From: an uncultured bacterium
GTDB taxonomy: Bacteria; Patescibacteriota; Minisyncoccia; Phycocordibacterales; UBA9973
Assembly: GCA_903894565.1 (NCBI GenBank)
Contig: CAITQP010000003.1
Span: 1 to 39,214 of the forward strand
Length of the DNA stretch: 39,214 nucleotides
Reading direction: 5' to 3'
The position numbers were made by a program, and so were the translations under genes. Shown piece by piece: positions 19,032 through 28,986 of the stretch (position 1 is its first letter; the number at the start of each line of letters is the position of its first letter). The notes beneath the pieces are model-generated. The model was not told where the DNA came from. It saw only the letters and a program-made list of their open reading frames with translations, and did no database searches.

Positions 19032-19433
19032 ATGTTAAAAGATTTTAAACAATTCTTGCTTCGAGGGAATGTTGTTGATCTCGCGGTTGGCGTGGTCATT
19101 GGCGCAGCGTTTGGTTCAATCGTCACTGCGCTTGTGACAGATTTGATTACGCCGCTTATTGCAGCGGTCGCGAAAGTTCCTGATTTTTCCGGAATGTATT
19201 TTACGTTACATGGAAGCAAATTTATGTACGGACATTTTGTGAATGCATTCGTTTCGTTTCTACTTGTGTCGAGTTCCGTATTCTTTTTTGTGGTGAAGCC
19301 AATGAACGCACTTATCTTGCGTTCACGCAAAGAAAAATCAATTGATCCAACAACAAAAAAATGTCCGGAATGTTTGAGTGAAATTCCGATCGAGGCAAAA
19401 CGATGTTCACATTGCACACAAGTAGTCGCGTAG
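19032..19433 (+). CDS. mscL: Large-conductance mechanosensitive channel with C-terminal zinc ribbon
   Basis: FKQFLLRGNVVDLAVGVVIGAAFGSIVTALVTDLITP signature; tail CPEC...CSHC. Confidence 0.95.
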   Translation: MLKDFKQFLLRGNVVDLAVGVVIGAAFGSIVTALVTDLITPLIAAVAKVPDFSGMYFTLHGSKFMYGHFVNAFVSFLLVSSSVFFFVVKPMNALILRSRKEKSIDPTTKKCPECLSEIPIEAKRCSHCTQVVA

Positions 19434-19533
19434 CGATGCGTGGAACACATTTTTACGCAAATCGACAGAACTCCAGATTGTTTGAGTGTTGATGAATACC
19501 TGTTATTATGTTGATGTGTTTTCACTAAAGAAT

Positions 19534-22500
19534 ATGAAACAAAACATTAGAACTCTTGCGCTCGGTTTTATTTTGAGCTGGGCGCTATTTTTCCCTTTTT
19601 CAGACGTTCGTGCATTTAGTACGATTTCTACCGGTGCTGGAACTTCACCCAATTATTCAAGTGTTTCTGGAAAGAAACTCTATGTTGGAAACGCAAGTGA
19701 CAACGTCCTTGTGGTGAATAGTGTTGATGATTCGCTCTCTCAGATTCCAGTTGGGGGTCCAACCGGTTTTTCTGTCCCTGTTGGGAACAAAGTGTATTTT
19801 GAAACGAACAACGGCATTGCGGTCATTAACACAACAAACGACACTCTCCTGACAACTATTGCTATTTCTGGAATGAACGGGCTAGGGGGAACATACGGAA
19901 CTGTTGTCGGTACGCGATTGTATTGGGGTAATATTTCAAGCACGACACTTTCCGTAATTGATACAACGACCGATACAGTCATTGGAAGTCCGATTGCTGT
20001 TGGAAGTGTTCCATTTTCCGCGAGCGTTGTTGGAACGTATCTCTATCTCAACTGTCAAAGCTCAAATAGTGTGTATGTTATTGATACCGATCCGCTCTCG
20101 TCACACTACAATACTGTTATTGCGACGATACCTGTTGGGGGGAGTCCATACTATTCGACTGCATTTGGAAAAAAAGTGTACGTTAGTAATAACCAGGATG
20201 GAACAGACTCAGTGATCGATGCAGATCCTCAGTCTGCATCGTTCAATCAAGTTATCGGAAGCCCGATTCCTGTTGGAACTGCTCCGTATACAGCAAGATC
20301 AATCGGACATAAGATTTATGTGAGTGTATATGGAGACAACGCCGAAGCAGTGATTGATACGACCGATACGACCCCTTCATTCCCGGGTGGTAGACTTGAA
20401 AAAAAAATTTCAACAGGACGAAGCCCTGATTACGCGCGTTTTGTGGGAACACAATTATTTGTTGCAAACCAAAGTGATGGTAGCGTATCCGTAATTGATA
20501 CTGACACTGAAACGAATATCGGTACGATTACTGGAACGGGTATTCGATATCCAAGTGTGATCGGAACAAAAGTATATGTTCCATCACTTGGCTCTGATTT
20601 TATTGCAGTCATTGATTCGACAACTGATGTAACGGGCAATTTTCCCGAGCTCGAAGCCTTTCGTTCAACGAATGGTGATGGAACGTATGGGCCCACAGAC
20701 ACCATCAACATCACAGCGCAGTTCGGTCGTCCGCTCCATTCAGGTTCAACCATGACGGTGCAACTCAATACAGGTGCAGTTGTTGTGTTGAATTCAGTGT
20801 CGGGAACAGAACTCTCGGGGACATACACGGTGGGCGCAAACGATCAGACTCCTGACCTGGCCGTCGTAGCTATCGTAAGTGCTTCAGTGACTGATACAAC
20901 GAATCACACGCGAACGCACTACACGATACCGTATTCTGCTGGTACATTTACGGCAGAAAATTCTCTGATTGAACGTAACATCGGTGATACCAAAAATATT
21001 GTCATCGGAAATTATTTTTCTATTCCAGTTGGAAATAACCCATACCAAATATCTCCCGTCGTTACAGTCAGTGGTATAAAGTACGTCTACGTCGCAAACC
21101 AAGGAGACGGTACCGTATCAGTCATTCGTTTGTCTGATACGACAGTCGTTGATACGGTCACTGTTGGTTCTGAACCATACGGAGTCACCACGGCAACAGT
21201 TTCCGGTGTTGTGTATTTGTACATTGCGAACATTGGATCGAAGTCTGTATCTGTGATTGATTCACGAACGAATACTGTTGTCGCGACTGTTACAGTTGGA
21301 TTGAATCCTTACTACGTTGCGACTGTTGGTACGAATGTGTACGTGACAAACGGATTATCCAATACTGTATCTGTCATTGATGCAACAACGAATACGCTTG
21401 AGGCGACTGTTGAAGTTGGATCATATCCACGTGGTATTAAAGCGCATGGTACTGATTTGTATGTTGCAGATTATGGTGATATCAACAACAACTACGGCGG
21501 GGGAAATACGATTTCTGTAATTGACGGCAATCCTGCTTCGCCGACCTTCAATCGTGTTACTGCGACAATCGTTTCTCCAGGTGGGAGCGCTGGTCCTCGT
21601 GGAGTAACAGTGCACACTGATGCAACGTATGGTGACAAAGTGTACGTTACCAATTTCCGCTCCGACAGTGTCTCGGTCATTGATGCGAATCCTGCGCATG
21701 TGAGTACCTACAATACAATTGTGCAGACGATTGCGGTCGGTAAAGGTCCGCGCGGGATGACAGTGTATGGTAATTATGTGTACGTAGAAAATTTTGATGA
21801 CGGCACGATTTCCATTATCGATACAACAGCGAATGGTGGCCTGGGTGGGCTCGCTGGTTCGGTTGACCCAGCAGGACACTCACCGTCAGGTATCATTCCT
21901 GTCACTGGTACGGGGATAGCGATTCCAGGAATTTACTATTCGCGTTTTCAAGATAACGCAGTTTCGATTCTCGACACCTCAACCAATCAAATATACCCAC
22001 CGCACGCAGCGACAGCCTACACATTTTCTGGACCTACGACGGGAGTGTTGAATACGCCATCAGCACAATTTTCTGTTCAGGTGAACGGAACATTTTCCGG
22101 ATCAGTCACGATTACGCCGTCTGGAGGGGGACTCTCCACACCAATTGTTCTTTCGTTTGCAAGTTCGCCAACACAATTTTTTACTATTACACCAACGAGC
22201 ACTGGTTCAATAACGCTTACCGCTTCAAACAATGGTTCTTTAGTTGACCCTTCATCACTGTCTTACCTCTCCTACAATACTGTTCCGTTCGCTTCGACGG
22301 GAAGCGCGAGTACGATTACGGCGACAACAGTTCAATTGAATGGTTCTGTCACAGATATAGGTACTAGTACAGTGACAACCACAGGATTTCATTTTGGTAC
22401 CGATCCATCACTTGCAACATTTGAGGATACTCGTACGATCAACCTCACTATTAATTCTGGGTCAACGCTCTTCTCGAGAAACAATTCAGGATTGCTCTGT

Positions 22501-25500
22501 AATACGATGTATTATTTCGAGGCATATGCGATCAATAGTAGTGGCACTGGGTATGGATCAATCGCAAGTTTTCGAACTGATACGTGTGGAACACGAGCGG
22601 GAACGATTCCGTGGTACGACAGCGCGTGGAGTTATCGTACGAAGTTGACCATCGACCGAACAAAGGTTTCAAATAGTGACCAGACTGATTTTCCTGTACT
22701 TATTGCAACAACAAATCCACTTTGGAAAAGTGTAAACCATTCAGGTCACGTAGGTCTTGATACAGGGAATGATATCGTATTTGTGAGTGATGACGGGGTA
22801 AAGAAACTGAATCACGAAATTGAATCATATGATCCCTCGACTGGTGCACTTGTTGCGTGGGTGCGTGTTCCGACTCTCTCGTATACAGCAGATATGCACC
22901 TGTACATGTATTACGGCAATCCGTCTGCGAGTGATCAATCGAATCCAACTGCAGTGTGGAGTAATCATTTCACACGGGTATACCATTTATCTGACAGTGG
23001 TCCAGCTGTCGTAAAAGATGCAACTGGTACTCATGATGGAACCGCAAGTGGGGCTGTTACCTTTGGACAGACGGGGGCAATAGACGCAGCAACGACATTC
23101 GACGGTACAACAGGTGGTGATATTGATACTGGATACGTGCTCCCATCTTCTAATTTTTCAATTAGTACATGGGCGAAGTCTTCGGCGACGGGTATCAACA
23201 ATCGTCTTCTCGGCGCAAACGGTACAAATATTATTTGGGGAGCACGAAATGTATCTACGAGTCTTCTCTCTACACTCAATGGTACGAACGGACAGGGTAG
23301 CATAAACGTGAACGTTCCAAATCTCTCAGGTGACTGGCACTACCTTGAACTTACAACGGACGACACCGATGGAACGCATTTGTACGATGATGGAGTCCTT
23401 GTCGGAAGCGCAAATATAAAAAGCATTCTCGCTACGGATTCGCTGCATATCGGTAACGATGCCGATGGTTCGCCGACCGATATGTTTGATGGATCGGTAG
23501 ACGAATTTCATACCGCAACAACCGCTCGTTCTGCTGATTGGGTCGCGACTGAATTTGCGAACCAGCAATCTCCACACACGTTTTACGCTCTTTCGGGAGA
23601 AGAAAATCAAGGATTTTCAATCAACGACGGGGCAACGACAACTGTGAATCCAACAGTGACACTTTCACTCACCTGTGTCGGCACACCAGGTTCATGTACA
23701 GAAATGCAATTTTCAGATGATGGAGTCACATACTCTCCATTTGAAGCATTCTCATCAACCAAGAGCTATACGATGGGAGGTGGTGACGGCACGAAGACCA
23801 TAACTGTGGTATTTAAAGACGCAGGAGGTAACGTGAGTGCTCCGTTGTCTGCAAACATTGTGCTCGACTCCACAGGTCCAAACGGTTCAGTCGTTATTAA
23901 TGGCGGAGCTGAATCAACACGATCACAAGACGTGACGCTTACACTTGATTGCACCGATACGGCGACGTCGTGTGTAAACATGCAATTTTCAAATGATGGC
24001 ACGACGTACACATCGCTCGAACCATTTGCTTCAAGCAAGAGTTATACACTCTCGCCAGGGCTTGGTCTTAAGACCGTGTATGTGAAATTCACTGATGAAC
24101 TCGGAAATGTGAGTTCTGCATTTTCAGCTGGTATTGATTACGAGATTACAGCTCCGGCAGTTTCAACGACTACGCCACTCACATTTGTGACGAAGACGAG
24201 CGCGGTGCTTGTCGCATCAATTACGAGTATTGGCACAAGTACGGTTACGACAACAGGTTTCATTTACGGTACAGACGCGGCACTCAATACCTCAAGTGAT
24301 GCGCATACGAGTGGACGTTCGATTACATCGATGCCAACGAGTTTCAGTGAAGTCATTTCAGGACTGACATGTGACACGACGTACTACTATCGTGCGTATG
24401 CAACGAATAGTGAGGCAACAGGAAGGGGTTCAATTCAGAGTTTTGTCACTCCGCACTGTATGAGTACTGGAAGTATCGCGACGTGTGGCGAGCTTGCCGA
24501 TATAAGCACCGATCTCACTATGACATACACACTTCGTTCAGATCTTGATTGTACGAATGCACCACTCGAACCACTCGGTACGACGGGTAGTCCGTTCACC
24601 GGTACGTTTGATGGACAAGGTCACACGATTACCGGAATGACACTTTCCGGAACAAATGATGTTGGATTGTTCGGAGTCGCACAAGGAGCAACGATTCGCA
24701 ACCTCGGATTGATATCAGTGAATGTGAGCGGAAGAAATCAGGTGGGTGCGCTCGTAGGTTCTGCAAAAGATACGACCACACTGTCGCATTGTTTTGCGAC
24801 AGGAAGGGTGAATGGATCAAGCGGTGCATCGGTTGGCGGATTGATTGGATACACAAATGGCACTGTAACGATCGCACAATCATATTCAACTGCGTCTGTC
24901 ACGGGAGCTCCGGGTCAGTACTCTGTTGGAGGATTGGTTGGCCAAGAAGATGCTGCGCTCACGATTACCGATTCATACGCGATAGGAAATGTGATTGGTG
25001 GAAACGACGGTGGACTCATTGGAAATACCAACGGAACGGTGACGATTACAAATTCGTTTGCATCTGGATCGGTTACGAATCGTACACGCGGAACGTATGC
25101 AGGAGGACTCGTTGCGAGCACGTCAGGTGTGCTTCACATCATGAATTCGTATAGTGCAGGAAGCGTGAGTGGTAGTGGAACGCTCGGCGGATTGCTTGGT
25201 TTGTCGAATGGTTCGACCGTTCTTACAAACTCATATTTCACTGACGCAAGCGTAAACAATGCCAAGGGCACGCTCGTTGGCTCTGTGAGTCTCCTTAAGA
25301 CAATCAATCATGCGGTGTACGCACAAAGTGGACTATCTCCATGGAATTTTGAAACAATCTGGAAATTCGACGGGAGTACGAATGGTGGTTTTCCATTCTT
25401 GCAACCACTCGCTGCCCCAACGATAACGGTAAGCTCAGCGACGAACATTGGGACGACTACCGCATCGCCGAGCGGAACAATTGTCGCGACTGGTGGTGCT

Positions 25501-26103
25501 TCAATAACGACTCGCGGCTTCCATTACGGAGTGACAAGTAGTTACGGATCGACGACGACTGAAACTGGAAGTTTTGAGAGTGGCGATTTCACGTCGACTC
25601 TCTCAGGACTCTCGTGTGCGACACAATATCATTTCCAGGCATATGCAACGAATGCTATCGGCACAGGCGTCAGTACACCAGATGCTACATTCACAACGAA
25701 CCCGTGTCCTATCTCAAATCGTGGTCACGTTGACCAAACTTCAGGCGGTACGACAGTTACGCAATCGAATACAACAACTACAAATACACCGCAAGTACAA
25801 GTCACGCCACAGATCACGACAGGTGGAGCGTTCATCTTCAAAAAAGTACTCCGTATCGGATCGAAAGGATCAGACGTTATTGCTTTGCAAAAATATTTGA
25901 ATACCCATGGATTTTTGATTGCGAAGAAAGGCGCAGGTTCACTCGGGAAAGAATCAACATACTTCGGCAAAGCAACAGCCCTCGCCCTCGCCGCATTCCA
26001 AAACGCACACGCAAAAGAAGTCCTCACTCCCGCCGGACTCAAAAAGGGAACAGGCGTTCTTGGCTCGCTTACGATGGCGTACATCAACAAAAATCTACGC
26101 TAG
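19534..26103 (+). CDS. Giant secreted mosaic surface protein/adhesin (~2,189 aa)
   Basis: Signal peptide (..SDVRA/F), two YVTN beta-propeller blocks, three FN3-like repeats, DUF2341-like plus LamG domain, two Ig-like repeats, GLUG-type repeats, Thr-rich linker, C-terminal peptidoglycan-binding-like domain (LRIGSKGSDVIALQKYLN...YFGKAT). Confidence 0.88.
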   Translation: MKQNIRTLALGFILSWALFFPFSDVRAFSTISTGAGTSPNYSSVSGKKLYVGNASDNVLVVNSVDDSLSQIPVGGPTGFSVPVGNKVYFETNNGIAVINTTNDTLLTTIAISGMNGLGGTYGTVVGTRLYWGNISSTTLSVIDTTTDTVIGSPIAVGSVPFSASVVGTYLYLNCQSSNSVYVIDTDPLSSHYNTVIATIPVGGSPYYSTAFGKKVYVSNNQDGTDSVIDADPQSASFNQVIGSPIPVGTAPYTARSIGHKIYVSVYGDNAEAVIDTTDTTPSFPGGRLEKKISTGRSPDYARFVGTQLFVANQSDGSVSVIDTDTETNIGTITGTGIRYPSVIGTKVYVPSLGSDFIAVIDSTTDVTGNFPELEAFRSTNGDGTYGPTDTINITAQFGRPLHSGSTMTVQLNTGAVVVLNSVSGTELSGTYTVGANDQTPDLAVVAIVSASVTDTTNHTRTHYTIPYSAGTFTAENSLIERNIGDTKNIVIGNYFSIPVGNNPYQISPVVTVSGIKYVYVANQGDGTVSVIRLSDTTVVDTVTVGSEPYGVTTATVSGVVYLYIANIGSKSVSVIDSRTNTVVATVTVGLNPYYVATVGTNVYVTNGLSNTVSVIDATTNTLEATVEVGSYPRGIKAHGTDLYVADYGDINNNYGGGNTISVIDGNPASPTFNRVTATIVSPGGSAGPRGVTVHTDATYGDKVYVTNFRSDSVSVIDANPAHVSTYNTIVQTIAVGKGPRGMTVYGNYVYVENFDDGTISIIDTTANGGLGGLAGSVDPAGHSPSGIIPVTGTGIAIPGIYYSRFQDNAVSILDTSTNQIYPPHAATAYTFSGPTTGVLNTPSAQFSVQVNGTFSGSVTITPSGGGLSTPIVLSFASSPTQFFTITPTSTGSITLTASNNGSLVDPSSLSYLSYNTVPFASTGSASTITATTVQLNGSVTDIGTSTVTTTGFHFGTDPSLATFEDTRTINLTINSGSTLFSRNNSGLLCNTMYYFEAYAINSSGTGYGSIASFRTDTCGTRAGTIPWYDSAWSYRTKLTIDRTKVSNSDQTDFPVLIATTNPLWKSVNHSGHVGLDTGNDIVFVSDDGVKKLNHEIESYDPSTGALVAWVRVPTLSYTADMHLYMYYGNPSASDQSNPTAVWSNHFTRVYHLSDSGPAVVKDATGTHDGTASGAVTFGQTGAIDAATTFDGTTGGDIDTGYVLPSSNFSISTWAKSSATGINNRLLGANGTNIIWGARNVSTSLLSTLNGTNGQGSINVNVPNLSGDWHYLELTTDDTDGTHLYDDGVLVGSANIKSILATDSLHIGNDADGSPTDMFDGSVDEFHTATTARSADWVATEFANQQSPHTFYALSGEENQGFSINDGATTTVNPTVTLSLTCVGTPGSCTEMQFSDDGVTYSPFEAFSSTKSYTMGGGDGTKTITVVFKDAGGNVSAPLSANIVLDSTGPNGSVVINGGAESTRSQDVTLTLDCTDTATSCVNMQFSNDGTTYTSLEPFASSKSYTLSPGLGLKTVYVKFTDELGNVSSAFSAGIDYEITAPAVSTTTPLTFVTKTSAVLVASITSIGTSTVTTTGFIYGTDAALNTSSDAHTSGRSITSMPTSFSEVISGLTCDTTYYYRAYATNSEATGRGSIQSFVTPHCMSTGSIATCGELADISTDLTMTYTLRSDLDCTNAPLEPLGTTGSPFTGTFDGQGHTITGMTLSGTNDVGLFGVAQGATIRNLGLISVNVSGRNQVGALVGSAKDTTTLSHCFATGRVNGSSGASVGGLIGYTNGTVTIAQSYSTASVTGAPGQYSVGGLVGQEDAALTITDSYAIGNVIGGNDGGLIGNTNGTVTITNSFASGSVTNRTRGTYAGGLVASTSGVLHIMNSYSAGSVSGSGTLGGLLGLSNGSTVLTNSYFTDASVNNAKGTLVGSVSLLKTINHAVYAQSGLSPWNFETIWKFDGSTNGGFPFLQPLAAPTITVSSATNIGTTTASPSGTIVATGGASITTRGFHYGVTSSYGSTTTETGSFESGDFTSTLSGLSCATQYHFQAYATNAIGTGVSTPDATFTTNPCPISNRGHVDQTSGGTTVTQSNTTTTNTPQVQVTPQITTGGAFIFKKVLRIGSKGSDVIALQKYLNTHGFLIAKKGAGSLGKESTYFGKATALALAAFQNAHAKEVLTPAGLKKGTGVLGSLTMAYINKNLR

Positions 26104-26114
26104 AAAATAACCAA

Positions 26115-26143
26115 TTGAGTTTTTGTCGAAAAAAGGCTATAGT
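26115..26143 (+). promoter_or_regulatory. Sigma70 promoter TTGAGT-N17-TATAGT for ychF
   Basis: 17-nt spacer; -10 is 9 nt before ATG 26153. Confidence 0.55.
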
Positions 26144-26152
26144 CCTTGCATC

Positions 26153-27265
26153 ATGAGTCTTTCAATCGGAATCGTAGGCCTGCCAAACGTTGGAAAATCA
26201 ACGCTTTTTAACGCATTGACCAAAAAGGGTGTGCCAGCAGAGAATTATCCATTTTGTACGATTGACCCTTCTGTCGGTATCGTTGGTGTGCCCGACGAGC
26301 GTCTTCAAAAACTTGCGACGTTTTCACAAACAAATAAAATCATTCCCGCAGCGATTGAGTTCGTTGATATCGCGGGCCTTGTTGCTGGTGCCGCCAAAGG
26401 TGAAGGACTCGGAAACAAATTCCTAGCCAACATTCGCGAGACAGATGCCATTTTTGAAATGGTTCGTATTTTTCCAATCAAAGCTGAAAAGGGAACTGAC
26501 ATCATGCATGTCTATGGTGATATTGATCCACTTCGTGATATCAAAGTCATCAACATGGAATTGTTGCTCGCCGATCTTGAGACTGCGACGAAGCGTATGA
26601 ACAACATTTCGCGAGACGCGAAACGTGGCGACAAGGAGGCGGTCATCGAAGAAGGAGCACTCAAGAAAATTCTCGAGGCGCTCGAGGCTGAACAAATGGT
26701 TAACACGATTGCCTTTGATGACAAAGAAATACCAAAGGTTCATCAGCTTGGCTTGCTCACAGCAAAACCGATACTCTACGGATTGAACAAACGCGCCGGT
26801 ACAAAAAATCTCGACGAGACGAACCCAGAACTCTTCAAACAATTGTGTGACTATATTCTCTCGACAGGTGCGCAGTACGTCGTACTTGATGCGAAGATCG
26901 AAGACGAACTCAAAGATTTTGAAGGTGACGAAAAGGAAATGTTCCGCACTGAAATGGGTGGTGGCGATAATGGAATCAACAGCCTCATTACGGCTGCATA
27001 TAAATTGCTCGGACTTGAGACATACTTCACAACAGGTGTCGAAGAGACTCGCGCATGGACTATTCACGCGGGTAGTACTGCTCCCGTCGCTGGAATGGCA
27101 ATCCACACTGATTTCAAAGAGAAATTCATTCGTGCTGAAATTATTAATTGGCAAGACCTTCTCAATGCTGGCTCATACGCCGAAGCTCGCTCGAAAGGCA
27201 AAGTCCGCACAGAAGGCAAAGAATATATTGTCAAAGACGGTGACGTGATTGAGTTTAAAATCTAG
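26153..27265 (+). CDS. ychF: Redox-regulated ribosome-binding ATPase YchF
   Basis: [61 protein letters not shown]. Confidence 0.97.
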   Translation: MSLSIGIVGLPNVGKSTLFNALTKKGVPAENYPFCTIDPSVGIVGVPDERLQKLATFSQTNKIIPAAIEFVDIAGLVAGAAKGEGLGNKFLANIRETDAIFEMVRIFPIKAEKGTDIMHVYGDIDPLRDIKVINMELLLADLETATKRMNNISRDAKRGDKEAVIEEGALKKILEALEAEQMVNTIAFDDKEIPKVHQLGLLTAKPILYGLNKRAGTKNLDETNPELFKQLCDYILSTGAQYVVLDAKIEDELKDFEGDEKEMFRTEMGGGDNGINSLITAAYKLLGLETYFTTGVEETRAWTIHAGSTAPVAGMAIHTDFKEKFIRAEIINWQDLLNAGSYAEARSKGKVRTEGKEYIVKDGDVIEFKI

Positions 27266-27277
27266 CAATGGTAGACT
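27249..27277 (+). promoter_or_regulatory. Sigma70 promoter TTGAGT-N17-(TGg)TAGACT for tsaC
   Basis: Extended -10 located 8 nt before ATG 27286; the -35 lies inside the ychF 3' end. Confidence 0.5.
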
Positions 27278-27285
27278 AGAGCGCT

Positions 27286-27837
27286 ATGAACGGGGCGAGC
27301 TCCAAAGTACTCACAATGCTCAAAAAAGGCGCTATCGGCGTCTTTCCAACCGACACGCTCTATGGAGTCGTGGGTAGTGCACTTTCAAAAAAGGCGGTTG
27401 AGCGGATATTTGCAGTCAAAGGCCGAAGTGAGGGCAAGCCACTCATCATTCTCATTTCTTCGCTCGACGATATCAAACGATTTGGTATCAACCTTTTGCC
27501 AGATCACGTCACGTACCTTGAGTCGGTGTGGCCCGGAGCATTTTCGATTATTCTTCCTTGCCCACACCAGAAATTTGCATATCTTCATCGTGGCACGAAG
27601 TCGCTCGCATTTCGTATGCCCAAGAAAAAGAGTCTGTGTGATTTTCTGAAAGTATCTGGACCACTCACTGCACCAAGTGCAAATCCCCAAGGACTCAAGC
27701 CTGCGCACACTATCGCTGAAGCCAAAAAATATTTTGCAGACAGTGTTGATTTTTATTTCGCCGGTGGACGCAAGACGGGGAAGCCATCACGCGTTGTGTC
27801 GCTCCTCTCTGGAAAACCACTCATACTTCGAAAATAA
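27286..27837 (+). CDS. tsaC: Threonylcarbamoyl-AMP synthase (YrdC/Sua5 family, YrdC domain only)
   Basis: FPTDTLYG, KGR..KPL, WPGAFS, AFRMP, APSANPQG. Confidence 0.92.
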   Translation: MNGASSKVLTMLKKGAIGVFPTDTLYGVVGSALSKKAVERIFAVKGRSEGKPLIILISSLDDIKRFGINLLPDHVTYLESVWPGAFSIILPCPHQKFAYLHRGTKSLAFRMPKKKSLCDFLKVSGPLTAPSANPQGLKPAHTIAEAKKYFADSVDFYFAGGRKTGKPSRVVSLLSGKPLILRK

Positions 27838-27842
27838 GCAAA

Positions 27843-27875
27843 AATAAAACTCGTGATATCATCACGAGTTTTATT
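27843..27875. terminator. Bidirectional terminator-like hairpin between convergent genes
   Basis: 15-bp perfect inverted repeat AATAAAACTCGTGAT-ATC-ATCACGAGTTTTATT. Confidence 0.8.
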
Positions 27876-28386
27876 CTCCCAAAATACTACGATTCGTCGT
27901 GCCTCGGCGCTTCATTTCAGCGATTTCTTTTCCGAGTTCGCGAAGTGAGTGTTCGATTCGGTGAAGCATGGCTGGATCAATCGTAACTTCCTCTTCGGCG
28001 TCATCTTCTTGAATGTCTTCGACATCTTCTTGAATGTCATCGATATCTTTTTGAATTTCTTCCACGTCCTCCTGCATTTCTTCGACGTTTTCTTGAATTT
28101 CGTCGACATCTTTGGCCACCTCGCGAAGATGTTTACTCTGACGATTGACACTCATTTGAATAAAAATGGAAAGGTAGATAGCTTCGAGAGAGACAACGGT
28201 CGTTAACGCAAGCAAAATAGTATTGAGTTCGATACCGAAGAAGTATAAAAGGAAAGAAATGATGAAAATAGCTGTATGGAAAATGAGCGACGTCGTCGAG
28301 CCGACCCAGCGGGTCGCTCGGAACGAAATATATTCGAGCAAGGGTTCGTCTTTTTGCCTCGGAGGGGCTACTTTGCGCGCATTCAT
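27871..28386 (-). CDS. DUF1003-like membrane protein with acidic coiled-coil tail
   Basis: WVGS...FH; LTTVVSLEAIYLSIFIQMSVNRQ motif; two TM segments; heptad repeats. Confidence 0.8.
   Translation of the reverse strand: MNARKVAPPRQKDEPLLEYISFRATRWVGSTTSLIFHTAIFIISFLLYFFGIELNTILLALTTVVSLEAIYLSIFIQMSVNRQSKHLREVAKDVDEIQENVEEMQEDVEEIQKDIDDIQEDVEDIQEDDAEEEVTIDPAMLHRIEHSLRELGKEIAEMKRRGTTNRSILGE
28004..28108 (-). repeat. Five degenerate 21-bp tandem units encoding acidic heptads
   Basis: Units such as TCTTCTTGAATGTCTTCGACA / TCTTCTTGAATGTCATCGATA; protein VDEIQEN VEEMQED VEEIQKD IDDIQED VEDIQED. Confidence 0.8.
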
Positions 28387-28395
28387 GTGATGCTA

Positions 28396-28405
28396 TAGTA
28401 TACTA
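28396..28405. promoter_or_regulatory. Palindromic bidirectional -10 element (TAGTATACTA)
   Basis: Provides TATACT on both strands within a 24-bp gap between divergent ATGs (28386 on minus, 28411 on plus). Confidence 0.65.
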
Positions 28406-28410
28406 CTTAT

Positions 28411-28980
28411 ATGGATACACAAACAACAATTACTCCTGTTACTAAGGGCGCAGGCTTCATGAAGTGGGCAGTTGTGGTCGCGATTGTGATTGTTTTGAAT
28501 CTTTTTTTCAATTATGCAATCTCGCTTGTTTACAAAGCACCAACGTGGGAAGAGTATATGCCGACCACACAAGTTGTTGAGACGATTACAAACAAGAGTG
28601 ATTGTTTGAGTGTTGGTGGCCAATGGACCGACTCAGATCCTCGTCTTCTCGACTCCACACCAACAAACACAAAGACTCCTGTTGTAACTGGGTACTGTGA
28701 TCCAAACTATACGAAACAACAGAATTTCAATTCTGCTCAAAAATCATACGATCGCACCGTATTTATTATTCTTGTTGTATTGGGTGTTGTATCTCTTGTC
28801 CTCGGCGCAATTCTCACCAATACGGTATTGCAACTTTCATTTTCCTGGGGTGGAGTTTTGTCTCTTGTTATTGCTTCGATGCGCTACTGGAGTGATGCAG
28901 ATAATGTGCTTAAAGTTATTATTCTCGCAGTTGCGCTTGGTGCCCTTATTTGGATTGCCGTCAAAAAATTAGCGAAATAA
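28411..28980 (+). CDS. Hypothetical membrane protein (4 TM) with an extracytoplasmic Cys pair
   Basis: TM1, loop with CLSVGGQW...GYC, then three TM segments; 6 nt upstream of leuS. Confidence 0.8.
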   Translation: MDTQTTITPVTKGAGFMKWAVVVAIVIVLNLFFNYAISLVYKAPTWEEYMPTTQVVETITNKSDCLSVGGQWTDSDPRLLDSTPTNTKTPVVTGYCDPNYTKQQNFNSAQKSYDRTVFIILVVLGVVSLVLGAILTNTVLQLSFSWGGVLSLVIASMRYWSDADNVLKVIILAVALGALIWIAVKKLAK

Positions 28981-28986
28981 AACTGT

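Noticed and set aside
28004-28108. CRISPR array
   Set aside because: Contiguous in-frame coding repeats without spacers; no cas genes.
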